Assembly: GCA_025060135.1 (NCBI GenBank)
Contig: JANXCY010000012.1
Location: 4,224 to 68,223, forward strand
Length of the DNA stretch: 64,000 nt
From: Anaerolineae bacterium
GTDB lineage: Bacteria > Chloroflexota > Anaerolineae > B4-G1 > DUEL01
Reading direction: 5' to 3'
Positions within the stretch are counted from its first letter, which is position 1; each line of letters opens with the position of its first letter. The notes beneath the pieces were generated by a model. The model made no database searches and had not been told where the DNA came from. It saw only the letters and a program-made list of their open reading frames with translations. Position numbers and translations under genes: made by a program. Below are positions 18,482-26,906 of the stretch, piece after piece.

Positions 18482-19378
18482 TTAACGGTGGGCGCCGGTG
18501 TGATTCATATTGGAGAGCCCTGGACTCTCCAGTGGAGAGAGGGGGCGGGGGCGTCCAGCACCCACCATCTCTCCCAGCAGTTTGGATTTCTGATAGGCAG
18601 CCCAGACGGCTTTGGAGATGACCGTACGCAGCCCCCCTTTCTCCAGTTGGTAGATGGCCTCGGCGCTAGTGCCGCCCGGGGAGGTTACCATGTTGCGCAG
18701 TTCGGCCAGATGTTTGCCGGACTCGCGCGCGAAGAGTGCCGCTCCGATCACCGTCTGGGTTACCAGTTCCTGGGCAATACGGCGGGAGAAGCCCAGATGA
18801 ACCGCCGCATCTACCAGCGCTTCCATCACCAGGAAGACATACGTGGGGCCGGTCCCGCTAACGGCCGTGGCCATATCAATACTGTCTTCATCATGGACGG
18901 ATAACTCTTTGCCCAGCGCGCTCAACAGCCATCGGGTCTGTTCCTGTTGCGCTTCGGTTACCGCTGGCGTGGCGGTCCAAACGCTCATGCCCTCCCCGAT
19001 TTGGGCCGGGGTGTTCGGCATCACCCGGACGATGGCTTCGTGGTTCAATGCCCGCGCGATGTACTCAATGCGGGCCCCCGCCACGATGGAGAGAACCAGT
19101 TGCTCGGGTCGGATCGTCCCCGCCAGTTCCACCAGCACCAATGGCAGGACCTGGGGCTTGACGGACAGCACCACAATGTCGGCGGCCCGGGCAGCCTCCC
19201 GGTTATCCGTGGTCCAGCGGATGCCATACCGCTGGTGGAGTTCCTCTCCCCGTTCGGGACGAGGACCACTGGCAATGATGCGCTCCGGGGTGATTAGGTG
19301 ACGGTGGAGCAACCCCCGGATCATCGCTTCGGCCATCGTCCCACTCCCAATGAAGGCTAAAGTGGTATCGTGAAGCAT
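18482..19378 (-). CDS. proC: pyrroline-5-carboxylate reductase
   Basis: Rossmann motif AFIGSGTMAEAM and the ProC C-terminal dimerisation domain (SPGGTS, AI..LE). Start set at the ATG of MLHDTTLAFIGSG, in frame with the track ORF. Confidence 0.85.
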   Translation of the reverse strand: MLHDTTLAFIGSGTMAEAMIRGLLHRHLITPERIIASGPRPERGEELHQRYGIRWTTDNREAARAADIVVLSVKPQVLPLVLVELAGTIRPEQLVLSIVAGARIEYIARALNHEAIVRVMPNTPAQIGEGMSVWTATPAVTEAQQEQTRWLLSALGKELSVHDEDSIDMATAVSGTGPTYVFLVMEALVDAAVHLGFSRRIAQELVTQTVIGAALFARESGKHLAELRNMVTSPGGTSAEAIYQLEKGGLRTVISKAVWAAYQKSKLLGEMVGAGRPRPLSPLESPGLSNMNHTGAHR

Positions 19379-19425
19379 TCGATGCCTCCCGGCTGGCTGG
19401 ATGGGCACTCAGATGCTACCGGTTA

Positions 19426-20658
19426 CTAATGGTCATGGGACCTGGCCGCGTGCGGGACCCGGGTCTCCAGGCTTTCATATCGTTTGGCTTTCATCCGTTC
19501 AGGATGAAAGCCATCTCCCCACTCCCGAAGGAGGGTATCCACGTCATCCAGTGTCAGCGGCTTCTCATCGGCCAGGGCCTTAATGTGAGCGGTAACTTCC
19601 CGAATCTGCTCTGGGGTTAGATGCAGGCCCAGTTGTTCCGCGCGCCATTTGACGGCATTCCAGCCGGTGAACCGATGGGCGATAGAGATATACCGGGAAA
19701 GCCCGAATTCGGTCGGATCAATGATTTCATAGGTGCTGGGCTCGTTGAGAATGGCCTTAGCGTGAATACCGGCTTTATGGGTAAAAGCCGTGATCCCTGT
19801 AATGTAGTTATTGAAAGGGATGTCCACACCCACGAATTGGGCCACCATCTCGTCCAGTTTCTTTAACATTTTCAGGTTATACTTGCGCACCAGGTTGGGG
19901 TCCAGTGCATACAGCCGGGCGATCAGTCCGCCCAGGGGGGTAATACCGTTCCGCTCCCCGATGCCCAGCACACTGGTGTCCACGTATTGAGCGCCGGCCA
20001 GGAGCGCTGCGTAACTGTTGGCGATGGCACATCCCGAATCATTGTGGCCGTGGAATTCCACGGCGGCGCGCACCCGCTGTTTGAGGGCGCGCACCAGGTC
20101 GTAGACCTCAAACGGTGTAGCGACCCCCACCGTATCGGCGATGCCCACCCGATGGATATCCATTTTGTCCACTTCGGAATACACCTGAAACAGGTCTGCG
20201 CGGGCGCTCCGGAACGAGTCCTCGGTGCTGAAGCGCACTTCCAGTTCGGGCCGCTGCTCCTTAATGAAAGCGATCACTTCTATCGCCTTCTCAATGATCT
20301 GGGGAATGTCCCAGCCGTGGGAGAACCGGCGCAACGGCAGGCCGATTCCGATGACAATGTCAATGCCGTGAAGGCCCTCAATCTCCATCGCGCGGGCGGC
20401 ATCTTCCCGATTACAGCGAATATGGGTGAGAATCCGAGCCCGCAACCCCAGGCTGGCAATCATCTGGAGGTCCCGGTAACTCCGGGGGGAGACGACCGGT
20501 GAGGTCAGTTCCAGATACTCCACGCCGAACTCGTCCAGGGCACAGGCAATGTCAATCTTCTGGCCCGTGGTGAAACTGGCTCCCACAAATTGCTCTCCTT
20601 CTCGCAGGGTGGATTCTATGATATAGAATTCGCGAATCGCCGGTCGCTCTTCCTCCAT
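19426..20658 (-). CDS. homocitrate synthase-like enzyme, Lys20/Thermus-HCS type (2-oxoglutarate:acetyl-CoA condensing enzyme family)
   Basis: Start corrected to [24 protein letters not shown], with a GGAGGTG RBS 7 nt upstream. It aligns closely by eye to Thermus/fungal homocitrate synthases ([25 protein letters not shown]). The 79-codon ORF-track extension actually covers the promoter and terminator hairpin. Confidence 0.85.
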   Translation of the reverse strand: MEEERPAIREFYIIESTLREGEQFVGASFTTGQKIDIACALDEFGVEYLELTSPVVSPRSYRDLQMIASLGLRARILTHIRCNREDAARAMEIEGLHGIDIVIGIGLPLRRFSHGWDIPQIIEKAIEVIAFIKEQRPELEVRFSTEDSFRSARADLFQVYSEVDKMDIHRVGIADTVGVATPFEVYDLVRALKQRVRAAVEFHGHNDSGCAIANSYAALLAGAQYVDTSVLGIGERNGITPLGGLIARLYALDPNLVRKYNLKMLKKLDEMVAQFVGVDIPFNNYITGITAFTHKAGIHAKAILNEPSTYEIIDPTEFGLSRYISIAHRFTGWNAVKWRAEQLGLHLTPEQIREVTAHIKALADEKPLTLDDVDTLLREWGDGFHPERMKAKRYESLETRVPHAARSHDH

Positions 20659-20683
20659 CGTGCACCTCCATTTGGGGAAAGGT

Positions 20684-20724
20684 ATAGGTATACAAAAAGG
20701 CCGACTCTCGTGCTCTAGAGAGTC
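20684..20724 (-). terminator. intrinsic-terminator hairpin (attenuator) in the 5' leader, 26 nt upstream of the homocitrate synthase start. It is bidirectional.
   Basis: Perfect 11-bp stem GGCCGACTCTC/GAGAGTCGGCC with an 8-nt loop. It is flanked by AAAAA on the plus strand (= UUUUU on the minus-sense RNA) and TTTT on the other side. Confidence 0.6.
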
Positions 20725-20885
20725 GGCCTTTTGGGAATAATCAGATGCAACCATATTTACCCTGCGGCGCGCAAACTCCCCAGAGCCCTGGCCCAGGGAC
20801 CCTGCTTCGGTCGCGGCTTCTGAGGGGTGCGCAGGTTGTACGCCAACATCTCGACTGCTGACTGGCGCCAATGGAGTTTGGCGCT

Positions 20886-20914
20886 TATATACCACACTTC
20901 TTGGAATTTGTCAA
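20886..20914 (-). promoter_or_regulatory. near-consensus sigma70 promoter TTGACA-17-TATATA for the homocitrate-synthase leader
   Basis: On the minus strand: TTGACAaattccaagaagtgtggTATATA. This gives a roughly 220-nt leader containing the terminator hairpin. Confidence 0.55.
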
Positions 20915-21188
20915 GGGGCATACGCTGGCCACCCTGGGGAAGGAAAGAAGGCAAGAGAGGCGTCTCGGATTCGGCTGTGGATGCAGGCTCGACAGCACCT
21001 GCAGCCTCGGCTGACGCAGGATCGGCGCTCCAGAAGGCCGGGAGGAGCAGTGGGACAGGACAAATAACACCAGTAAACAGGCGAGAGGATGAGTGATTAA
21101 AAAACGGTATCGGACGATGCAACATGGGGTTCATCGCCCGTCCAGATCGGAAAAAACGAAACGCTCTTCAGCCCTCATTATCTATAAT

Positions 21189-21602
21189 CTATGCGACGAG
21201 ATGTTTCTGGTCATACTGCTGGATGCCCCAGATGGCTGTCCGCCGGAGCCACTGATAGGCACTGAGAACCTGCTGAGGCAACAGACCCCCGTCGTAAGGG
21301 AGAGAATAATCCAGGACAATGCCCTCAGGGAACGCCCAGGCCCGCAGGAAGACCACATTCTGGTTCAGCGCGTTAGTGAACTCCAACTGATCCTGAAAGA
21401 GGGTGCCGCTGCGCCAGCCGAAGAGAAGAAAATAGGTCAGCAGCTGTTTGTCCTCTTCTACAGAAATAAAGATTTTGATTCCCCCTTCGGTTACACAGAC
21501 CTTATCATCGGGTGTCAACGTGGCGGTGATATACGCATCGTCAAAAATCGCTTTGATAGTTTGAGGAGACACCTCTTCCGGAGATAATACACGCTCGTTC
21601 AT
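21189..21602 (-). CDS. YbjN-like protein (putative T3SS-chaperone-like / sensory-transduction-regulator fold)
   Basis: Start corrected to MNERVLSPEE, with a GGAAGGAG RBS 5 nt upstream. 137 aa. The similarity to the YbjN family is by motif pattern only (alternating hydrophobic beta-strand signature) and is weak. Confidence 0.45.
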   Translation of the reverse strand: MNERVLSPEEVSPQTIKAIFDDAYITATLTPDDKVCVTEGGIKIFISVEEDKQLLTYFLLFGWRSGTLFQDQLEFTNALNQNVVFLRAWAFPEGIVLDYSLPYDGGLLPQQVLSAYQWLRRTAIWGIQQYDQKHLVA

Positions 21603-21782
21603 CGGGCTCCTTCCATATCGGGGGGTCACACCAGCATCTTCGGAAAGACCTTGATCGGTGAGGGACGAAAACACGAGGAAGAAGCAGAAGGCTTTTCCAG
21701 AAGGGTGTGCCAAAGAGTATTATACCCTGTTCGGGAGAAGTGTCAAGCAGGGTGAGCCTGAGGGGTAGTTGTCGCCCTCCGG

Positions 21783-21811
21783 TTGCTGAACCGGTAACCC
21801 GATGGTATAAT
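21783..21811 (+). promoter_or_regulatory. sigma70 promoter TTGCTG-17-TATAAT with an extended -10 (TGgTATAAT) upstream of the MoaD-like gene
   Basis: Read directly: ttgctgaaccggtaacccgatggtataat. Confidence 0.4.
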
Positions 21812-21853
21812 GCCAATAGACCGGAAGAGATGACACCTGGGGAGTTCGCGGCG

Positions 21854-22096
21854 ATGATTCGGGTAAAAGTCAAACTCTTTGCCACTCTACGACGGTATTA
21901 TCCCGAATTGGGGATCGGTGAAGGGATAGAGGTGGAATTGCCAGAGGGAGCAACGGTGGGGCAACTGGTGAACCACCTGGGCCTGCCTGCCGACCACGTG
22001 CGGGTGGTTTTTATCAACGGAATTGCCCGGGACGAGTCTCACCTCCTCTCCGACGGCGATGAGATCGGCGTGTTCCCCCCCGTGGGGGGAGGGTGA
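21854..22096 (+). CDS. MoaD/ThiS-family small sulfur-carrier-like protein (80 aa, C-terminal Gly-Gly-Gly)
   Basis: MIRVKVKLFATLRRY ... DGDEIGVFPPVGGG* is the beta-grasp MoaD/ThiS pattern ending in glycines. Start chosen at the ATG that has a GGGGAG RBS 9 nt upstream. Confidence 0.6.
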   Translation: MIRVKVKLFATLRRYYPELGIGEGIEVELPEGATVGQLVNHLGLPADHVRVVFINGIARDESHLLSDGDEIGVFPPVGGG

Positions 22097-22267
22097 TCGC
22101 TACCTTCCGGCAGCCCTGAGGCTCTGTTGTGGGCTGGAGGGCCTCAACCCCACGCGGCAGAGGTTATGGAGACCACCGGACCGACACCCGATGGTTACCG
22201 GTCATCCTCTTGGACAGGCGGGCTGTTGCGCTCTCGTTAGTCGGGTACCCGCAAAGGATTCACCTGA

Positions 22268-23296
22268 ATGGAGGCCATTCCCATGACCGCATACCTGCTC
22301 GTTTTTGCGGGCGCGCTGGTGCTGAGCATCGCGCTGACCCCGCTGGCCCGTTACCTGGCGCCTCATCTGGGCGTCATGGACCAGCCCTCAACCCGCAAGG
22401 TGCACCGTTCCCCCGTCCCGCGATTGGGTGGCATCGCGATCTATCTGGCCGTGCTGGCCGCTGCTATCGCCCTGGGAGAGCGGTATCACTTTGCCCAGTT
22501 TGGGTCCATCATCGTCGGTGCCACGGCTGTCTCGTTCATGGGGCTGGTCGACGACCGCTGGGGGCTGCGCCCGGTGGTCAAACTGGTCGGGCAAATCTTG
22601 GCGGCCCTGCTCCTCTGGGCCACGGGGGTCCGGGTGGGCACGTTTGGCCAGCCCGTGATGGATTTCCTGCTAACGGTGTTCTGGGTGGTCTACATCACCA
22701 ACGCTATCAATCTGCTGGATAACATGGACGGGCTGGCCGGAGGGGTCGCGGCCATCGCCGCCGCTCACTTCGCGCTGATGTGCTCCTTCAGTGAGCAGTA
22801 CCTGGTGGGGGCCCTGGCCATCGCGGTCCTGGCGGCCTGCCTGGGCTTCCTCTTTTACAACCTGAACCCCGCCAGCATCTTTATGGGCGATTCGGGAGCG
22901 CTTTTCCTGGGCTTCATGCTGGCGGCCATCGGGATCAAACTCCGTTTTCCGGAGAACGTAACCTTCGTTACCTGGATGGTGCCTGTGCTGGTGATGGGGC
23001 TCCCCATCTTTGATACCGCGCTGGTGATTCTTTCCCGCCTGCGTCGGGGGCTGAACCCGCTGACGACACCCGGCAAAGACCACGTCTCCCACCGGCTGGT
23101 GGCCGCGGGCCTCTCCCAACGGGAGGCCGTCCTGACCCTTTATGTGGTCTCGTTCGTGCTGGGACTGCTGGCAGTGTTTGTAACCCGCGCCTCGGTAGTG
23201 GAGGGATATATCGTGGGAGGGATCACCGCACTGGTGGGGGCTTTCGGCCTCTGGCGATTGGAACGCCCTCCCTTCTGGAGCGCCCATCCCCGCTGA
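22268..23296 (+). CDS. polyprenyl-phosphate N-acetylhexosamine-1-phosphate transferase, MraY/WecA/TagO (GT4 membrane) family
   Basis: About 10 TM helices. Signature motifs NAINLLDNMDGLAGG and FMGDSGALFLGF. Confidence 0.85.
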   Translation: MEAIPMTAYLLVFAGALVLSIALTPLARYLAPHLGVMDQPSTRKVHRSPVPRLGGIAIYLAVLAAAIALGERYHFAQFGSIIVGATAVSFMGLVDDRWGLRPVVKLVGQILAALLLWATGVRVGTFGQPVMDFLLTVFWVVYITNAINLLDNMDGLAGGVAAIAAAHFALMCSFSEQYLVGALAIAVLAACLGFLFYNLNPASIFMGDSGALFLGFMLAAIGIKLRFPENVTFVTWMVPVLVMGLPIFDTALVILSRLRRGLNPLTTPGKDHVSHRLVAAGLSQREAVLTLYVVSFVLGLLAVFVTRASVVEGYIVGGITALVGAFGLWRLERPPFWSAHPR

Positions 23297-23298
23297 TG

Positions 23299-25455
23299 TT
23301 ACCGCGTTTGCCGATGGGCTTCTACCACGTTGGGCACCTTGGAAATACGGGCCAGTACCCGGTCCAATTGCGCGATGTCCGTAACCTCCAGCGTGAGATA
23401 AAGGGTCACCAGGTTCTGCTGGCGGCCAATCGTAACGCCGGCAATATTCACCCCCTCTTTGGCCAGCACTCCGCTGATGTCGTGCAGCAGACCCGTCCGG
23501 TCGTATGCCGTTACGGAAACCAGCACCGGGAAGGTCTGTTTGGCCGTGCCCCACGTTACCTCTATCAGCCGCTCAGGGTGACGGAGGTTAAGGATGTTGG
23601 GACAGTCCCGCCGGTGGACCGTAATCCCATGCCCCTGGGTAACGTATCCGATGATGGGCTCGTCGGGGAGGGGATGACAGCAGCGCGCTAATCGGGTGAG
23701 CAGTCCGCCGGTTCCCAGGACATGCACCTCATGGGAGACCGGGGCCGGGATAGGGGCTGGGGGAGGGAGTTCCGGCTCCGGAGAGGTCTGATGCTGAGCC
23801 TCTACCACTTTGGTGGCAATCTGCTGGCTGTGAATATCCCCAAAACCCACCGCCGCCAGAAAGTCTTCCACTTTCTCGTAGCCGAAGAGGGCCGCCACCG
23901 CCTCATGAGAGAGTTCGCCCAGCCCCAGTCGTTTCAGTTCCCGCTCCAGAATGGCCCGGCCAGAGGCGATGTTCTGCTCCCGGTCCTGCCGTCGGAACCA
24001 CTGACGGATTTTATTTCGGGCGCGGGCCGTCTTGACATACCCCAAGGCAGGGTTCAGCCAATCCCGGCTAGGGCCGCCCCGTTTGGCGGTGATGATTTCC
24101 ACCTGGTCGCCGGTTTTGAGCACATAGTCCAGCGGTACCCACCGCCCATTAACCTTGGCCCCCCGGCACCGGTGCCCGATTTCAGTGTGGATGGCGTAGG
24201 CAAAGTCTATGGGCGTCGCCCCGGCGGGCAGGTCCACCACCATCCCCTTGGGTGTGAAGACGTACACCCGGTCCTCAAAGATGTCGGTCTGGACCGCCTC
24301 CACAAACTCTCCGGCGTCCTCCGTCTCGCTGCGGGCCTCAATCTGAGCCCGCAGGGCAGCGATTTTCTCCGCCAATAGCCGATCTTCCCGGGCTCCCTCC
24401 TTATACCGCCAGTGGGCCGCGATACCGTATTCGGCTATCCGGTGCATGTAGTGGGTGCGAATCTGCACTTCCAGCACTTTCCCGCCAATGCCCACCACAG
24501 CGGTGTGCAGGGATTGATACATGTTCTCTTTCGGTCGGGCAATGTAATCGTCAAATTCGCCCGGGATAGGCGTCCAGAGGTTGTGAACGACACCCAGAAC
24601 GTGGTAGCAATCAGGGACGGTATCCACGATGGCCCGGATGGCCCGGATGTCGTAGACCCGCTCCAGGGGGATTTGTTTCCGCTGCATCTTGCGGTAAATG
24701 CTGTAGATGTGCTTGGGGCGACCGGTAATGTGGGCGTTGATCCCCTCCAGACGGAGATGATGTCGGAGAATGGCGATGTGCCGTTCAATATCCGCCTCCC
24801 GCTCCGGCGCCCGGGCTTCCAGTTCAGCCGCAATCTCCCCGTACAGTTCTGGCTGCAGGGCCCGGAAGGCCAGGTCTTCCAGTTCTCCCTTCCACTGCCA
24901 GATTCCCAGCCGGTTCGCCAGCGGGGCATAAATATCCATGGTCTGCCGGGCAATCCGTCGCTGCCGCTCCGGGGCCAGAGCATCCAGCGTCCGCATATTA
25001 TGGAGCCGGTCTGCCAATTTGATCAGCATCACCCGCGCGTCCCGGGCCGTCGCCAGAAAGAATTTGCGCAGGCTCTCCAGTTCCCGCTCGTCCCGTTCCC
25101 CCTCCCGAATCCGGCCCAGGTCATTCGCCCGGGTCAATTTGGTTACCCCATCCACCATCCGGGCCACTTCCGGTCCGAATCGCGCTTCCAGTTCCTCCAG
25201 CGAGACCCCCCGGTCCTCCACCACGTCGTGGAGAAGGCCCGCTGCAACGGTTTCGGCATCCATCCGCAGTTCCCCCAGCAACGCGGCCACCGCCAGCGCA
25301 TGCTGGATGTAGGGCTCGCCGGATTTCCGGTACTGGCCCTCATGCGACTGCAGGGCGAATTCGTAGGCGCGCCCAATCAGGTCCCGGGCCTCCGGACCGG
25401 CCCGGACCAGGGAGAGAACATCGTCGATCGTCAGAAGGGAAGACGTACCCGCCAT
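23299..25455 (-). CDS. relA: bifunctional (p)ppGpp synthetase/hydrolase RelA/SpoT
   Basis: HD hydrolase domain (HEGQYRKSGEPYIQHALAVA), synthetase domain, TGS and ACT domains. Start corrected to MAGTSSLLTIDDV, because the track extension overlies the promoter. Confidence 0.93.
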   Translation of the reverse strand: MAGTSSLLTIDDVLSLVRAGPEARDLIGRAYEFALQSHEGQYRKSGEPYIQHALAVAALLGELRMDAETVAAGLLHDVVEDRGVSLEELEARFGPEVARMVDGVTKLTRANDLGRIREGERDERELESLRKFFLATARDARVMLIKLADRLHNMRTLDALAPERQRRIARQTMDIYAPLANRLGIWQWKGELEDLAFRALQPELYGEIAAELEARAPEREADIERHIAILRHHLRLEGINAHITGRPKHIYSIYRKMQRKQIPLERVYDIRAIRAIVDTVPDCYHVLGVVHNLWTPIPGEFDDYIARPKENMYQSLHTAVVGIGGKVLEVQIRTHYMHRIAEYGIAAHWRYKEGAREDRLLAEKIAALRAQIEARSETEDAGEFVEAVQTDIFEDRVYVFTPKGMVVDLPAGATPIDFAYAIHTEIGHRCRGAKVNGRWVPLDYVLKTGDQVEIITAKRGGPSRDWLNPALGYVKTARARNKIRQWFRRQDREQNIASGRAILERELKRLGLGELSHEAVAALFGYEKVEDFLAAVGFGDIHSQQIATKVVEAQHQTSPEPELPPPAPIPAPVSHEVHVLGTGGLLTRLARCCHPLPDEPIIGYVTQGHGITVHRRDCPNILNLRHPERLIEVTWGTAKQTFPVLVSVTAYDRTGLLHDISGVLAKEGVNIAGVTIGRQQNLVTLYLTLEVTDIAQLDRVLARISKVPNVVEAHRQTR

Positions 25456-25475
25456 CACCCGGCTCAGGAGCCTGG

Positions 25476-25520
25476 ATAGGTCTTGACCTATCAGTATAAC
25501 GCAGATGGGAGATTTGTCAA
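25476..25520 (-). promoter_or_regulatory. relA promoter TTGACA-16-TATACT. A 7-2-7 inverted repeat ATAGGTCttGACCTAT lies immediately downstream of the -10 and is a candidate operator.
   Basis: On the minus strand: TTGACAaatctcccatctgcgtTATACTgATAGGTCaaGACCTAT. The palindrome spans 25476-25491. Confidence 0.4.
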
Positions 25521-25539
25521 AGAAAGCCATGCCACAGGC

Positions 25540-25577
25540 TTGACATATCCGCCTGTTCCACTATACTTGTGAACAGG
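25540..25577 (+). promoter_or_regulatory. promoter TTGACA-16-TATACT for the YbjN-family gene, with a 7-bp inverted repeat (CCTGTTC ... GAACAGG) bracketing the -10
   Basis: ggcTTGACAtatccgcctgttccacTATACTtgtgaacagg. It is divergent from the relA promoter about 20 nt away. Confidence 0.4.
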
Positions 25578-25606
25578 TACACCATTTGCCAGAAAGGAGC
25601 ATCCGC

Positions 25607-26068
25607 ATGTTGTCTACTGGTCCCATCTTTGATACTATGGTACGCTTTTTTCAAGAGGACAACTGGTACTTTGAACAGTTGCCCGGGAAGCCCATCCTCC
25701 GACTGGGCTTCCGAGGGGAGAACGGTACCTGGTACTGCTACGCACAGGCGCGCGAACCGCAACACCAGTTCGTCTTCTATTCCATTCTGGATGTGAACGT
25801 TCCTCCCAACCGCCGTCAGGCGATGGCCGAATTCCTCACCCGCGCGAACTACGGCCTGGTCATCGGGAACTTTGAGATGGACTTCAACGACGGCGAGGTC
25901 CGGTACAAGACCAGTATTGACGTGGAGGGGGATCGCCTAACCCCGGCGCTGATCAAGCAGATGGTCTACATCAACGTGTTGATGATGGACCGCTACCTGC
26001 CGGGGATCATGAAGGTGGCCTTTGGCAACGTGGATCCGGCTCGGGCAATTGCTGAAATTGAGGGGTAA
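25607..26068 (+). CDS. YbjN-family protein (putative bacterial sensory transduction regulator / chaperone-like)
   Basis: Start corrected to MLSTGPIFDTM, with an AGGAG RBS 7 nt upstream. 153 aa with the typical YbjN pattern (NWYF..L, RGENGTWYCYAQA..., VRYKTSIDVEG). Confidence 0.7.
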   Translation: MLSTGPIFDTMVRFFQEDNWYFEQLPGKPILRLGFRGENGTWYCYAQAREPQHQFVFYSILDVNVPPNRRQAMAEFLTRANYGLVIGNFEMDFNDGEVRYKTSIDVEGDRLTPALIKQMVYINVLMMDRYLPGIMKVAFGNVDPARAIAEIEG

Positions 26069-26087
26069 GATCACCATCGGCCTTTGA

Positions 26088-26891
26088 ATGATTACCAGCC
26101 TGAAAAACGATCGGGTTCGCCTGGTGCGGGCGCTTCAGGAGCGACGGCGGGTCCGCCAACGGGAGCGGCGATGGGTGGTGGAAGGGATCCGTCTCTGCCA
26201 GGAGGTAGCCACTGCCAAATTACGTCCCCACTTTGTCTTTTACACCGCCCGCCTCCAGGAGGACCCCCGGGGGCAGGCTCTGCTGGCCACCTGGCAGGAA
26301 GCCGGAGTCCCCTGCGAGGAGGTGAGCGAAGCGGTTATGGCCGCCTGCTCGGATACGGAAACCCCGCAGGGGATTCTGGCCGTCGTTCCCATCCCCGATC
26401 TGCCCTTCCCGCCCCACCCTACCCTGACCCTGATCCTGGACCGGCTGCGCGACCCCGGCAATCTGGGAACCATCCTGCGCACCGCGTGGGCAGCAGGCGT
26501 GGAAGGCGTCATTCTGGCGCCGGGCACGGTGGACGCCACCAATCCCAAGGCGGTCCGGGCAGCAATGGGAGCCCACTTCCACCTGCCAGTGGTCGCGATG
26601 GACTGGGAGGAAATCGCCCGTGTGGTCGCCGGATGCCGGGTCTACCTGGCGGACGCTCGGGGAGCCACCATCTACACTGATGTGGACTGGACAGGCCGGG
26701 TGGCGCTGGTCGTGGGTGGGGAGGCGGCCGGAGCAGGAAGTCGGGCCCATGCGCTGGCCGGAGCGACCGTCGCGATCCCGATGGCCGATGGGGTGGAATC
26801 CCTGAATGCAGCGGTCGCGGCGGCGGTGTTGCTCTTTGAGGCCGCGCGCCAGCGGCGGGCCTTGTCGCTCGCGCAGGAAACCGCTACCTGA
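26088..26891 (+). CDS. SpoU/TrmH-family RNA 2'-O-methyltransferase (RlmB-like)
   Basis: SPOUT-fold motifs LDRLRDPGNLGTILRTA and VVGGEAAG..SLNAAVAAAV, plus an N-terminal substrate-binding domain. Confidence 0.85.
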   Translation: MITSLKNDRVRLVRALQERRRVRQRERRWVVEGIRLCQEVATAKLRPHFVFYTARLQEDPRGQALLATWQEAGVPCEEVSEAVMAACSDTETPQGILAVVPIPDLPFPPHPTLTLILDRLRDPGNLGTILRTAWAAGVEGVILAPGTVDATNPKAVRAAMGAHFHLPVVAMDWEEIARVVAGCRVYLADARGATIYTDVDWTGRVALVVGGEAAGAGSRAHALAGATVAIPMADGVESLNAAVAAAVLLFEAARQRRALSLAQETAT

Positions 26892-26906
26892 AGGAACGGA
26901 ACACGA

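Noticed and set aside
20659-20895. 79-codon N-terminal extension of the homocitrate synthase ORF in the ORF track (also the 125-aa ORF at 20757-21134)
   Set aside because: The extension reads through a consensus -10 box, the leader and a perfect terminator hairpin. A strong GGAGGTG RBS sits 7 nt before the internal ATG (MEEERP...). The same logic was applied to the long N-terminal extensions of relA, galU, ppcA, queA, the MBL hydrolases and the YbjN genes.
24412-25479. 355-aa plus-strand ORF and other ORFs inside relA
   Set aside because: They are antisense to the well-supported RelA/SpoT gene.
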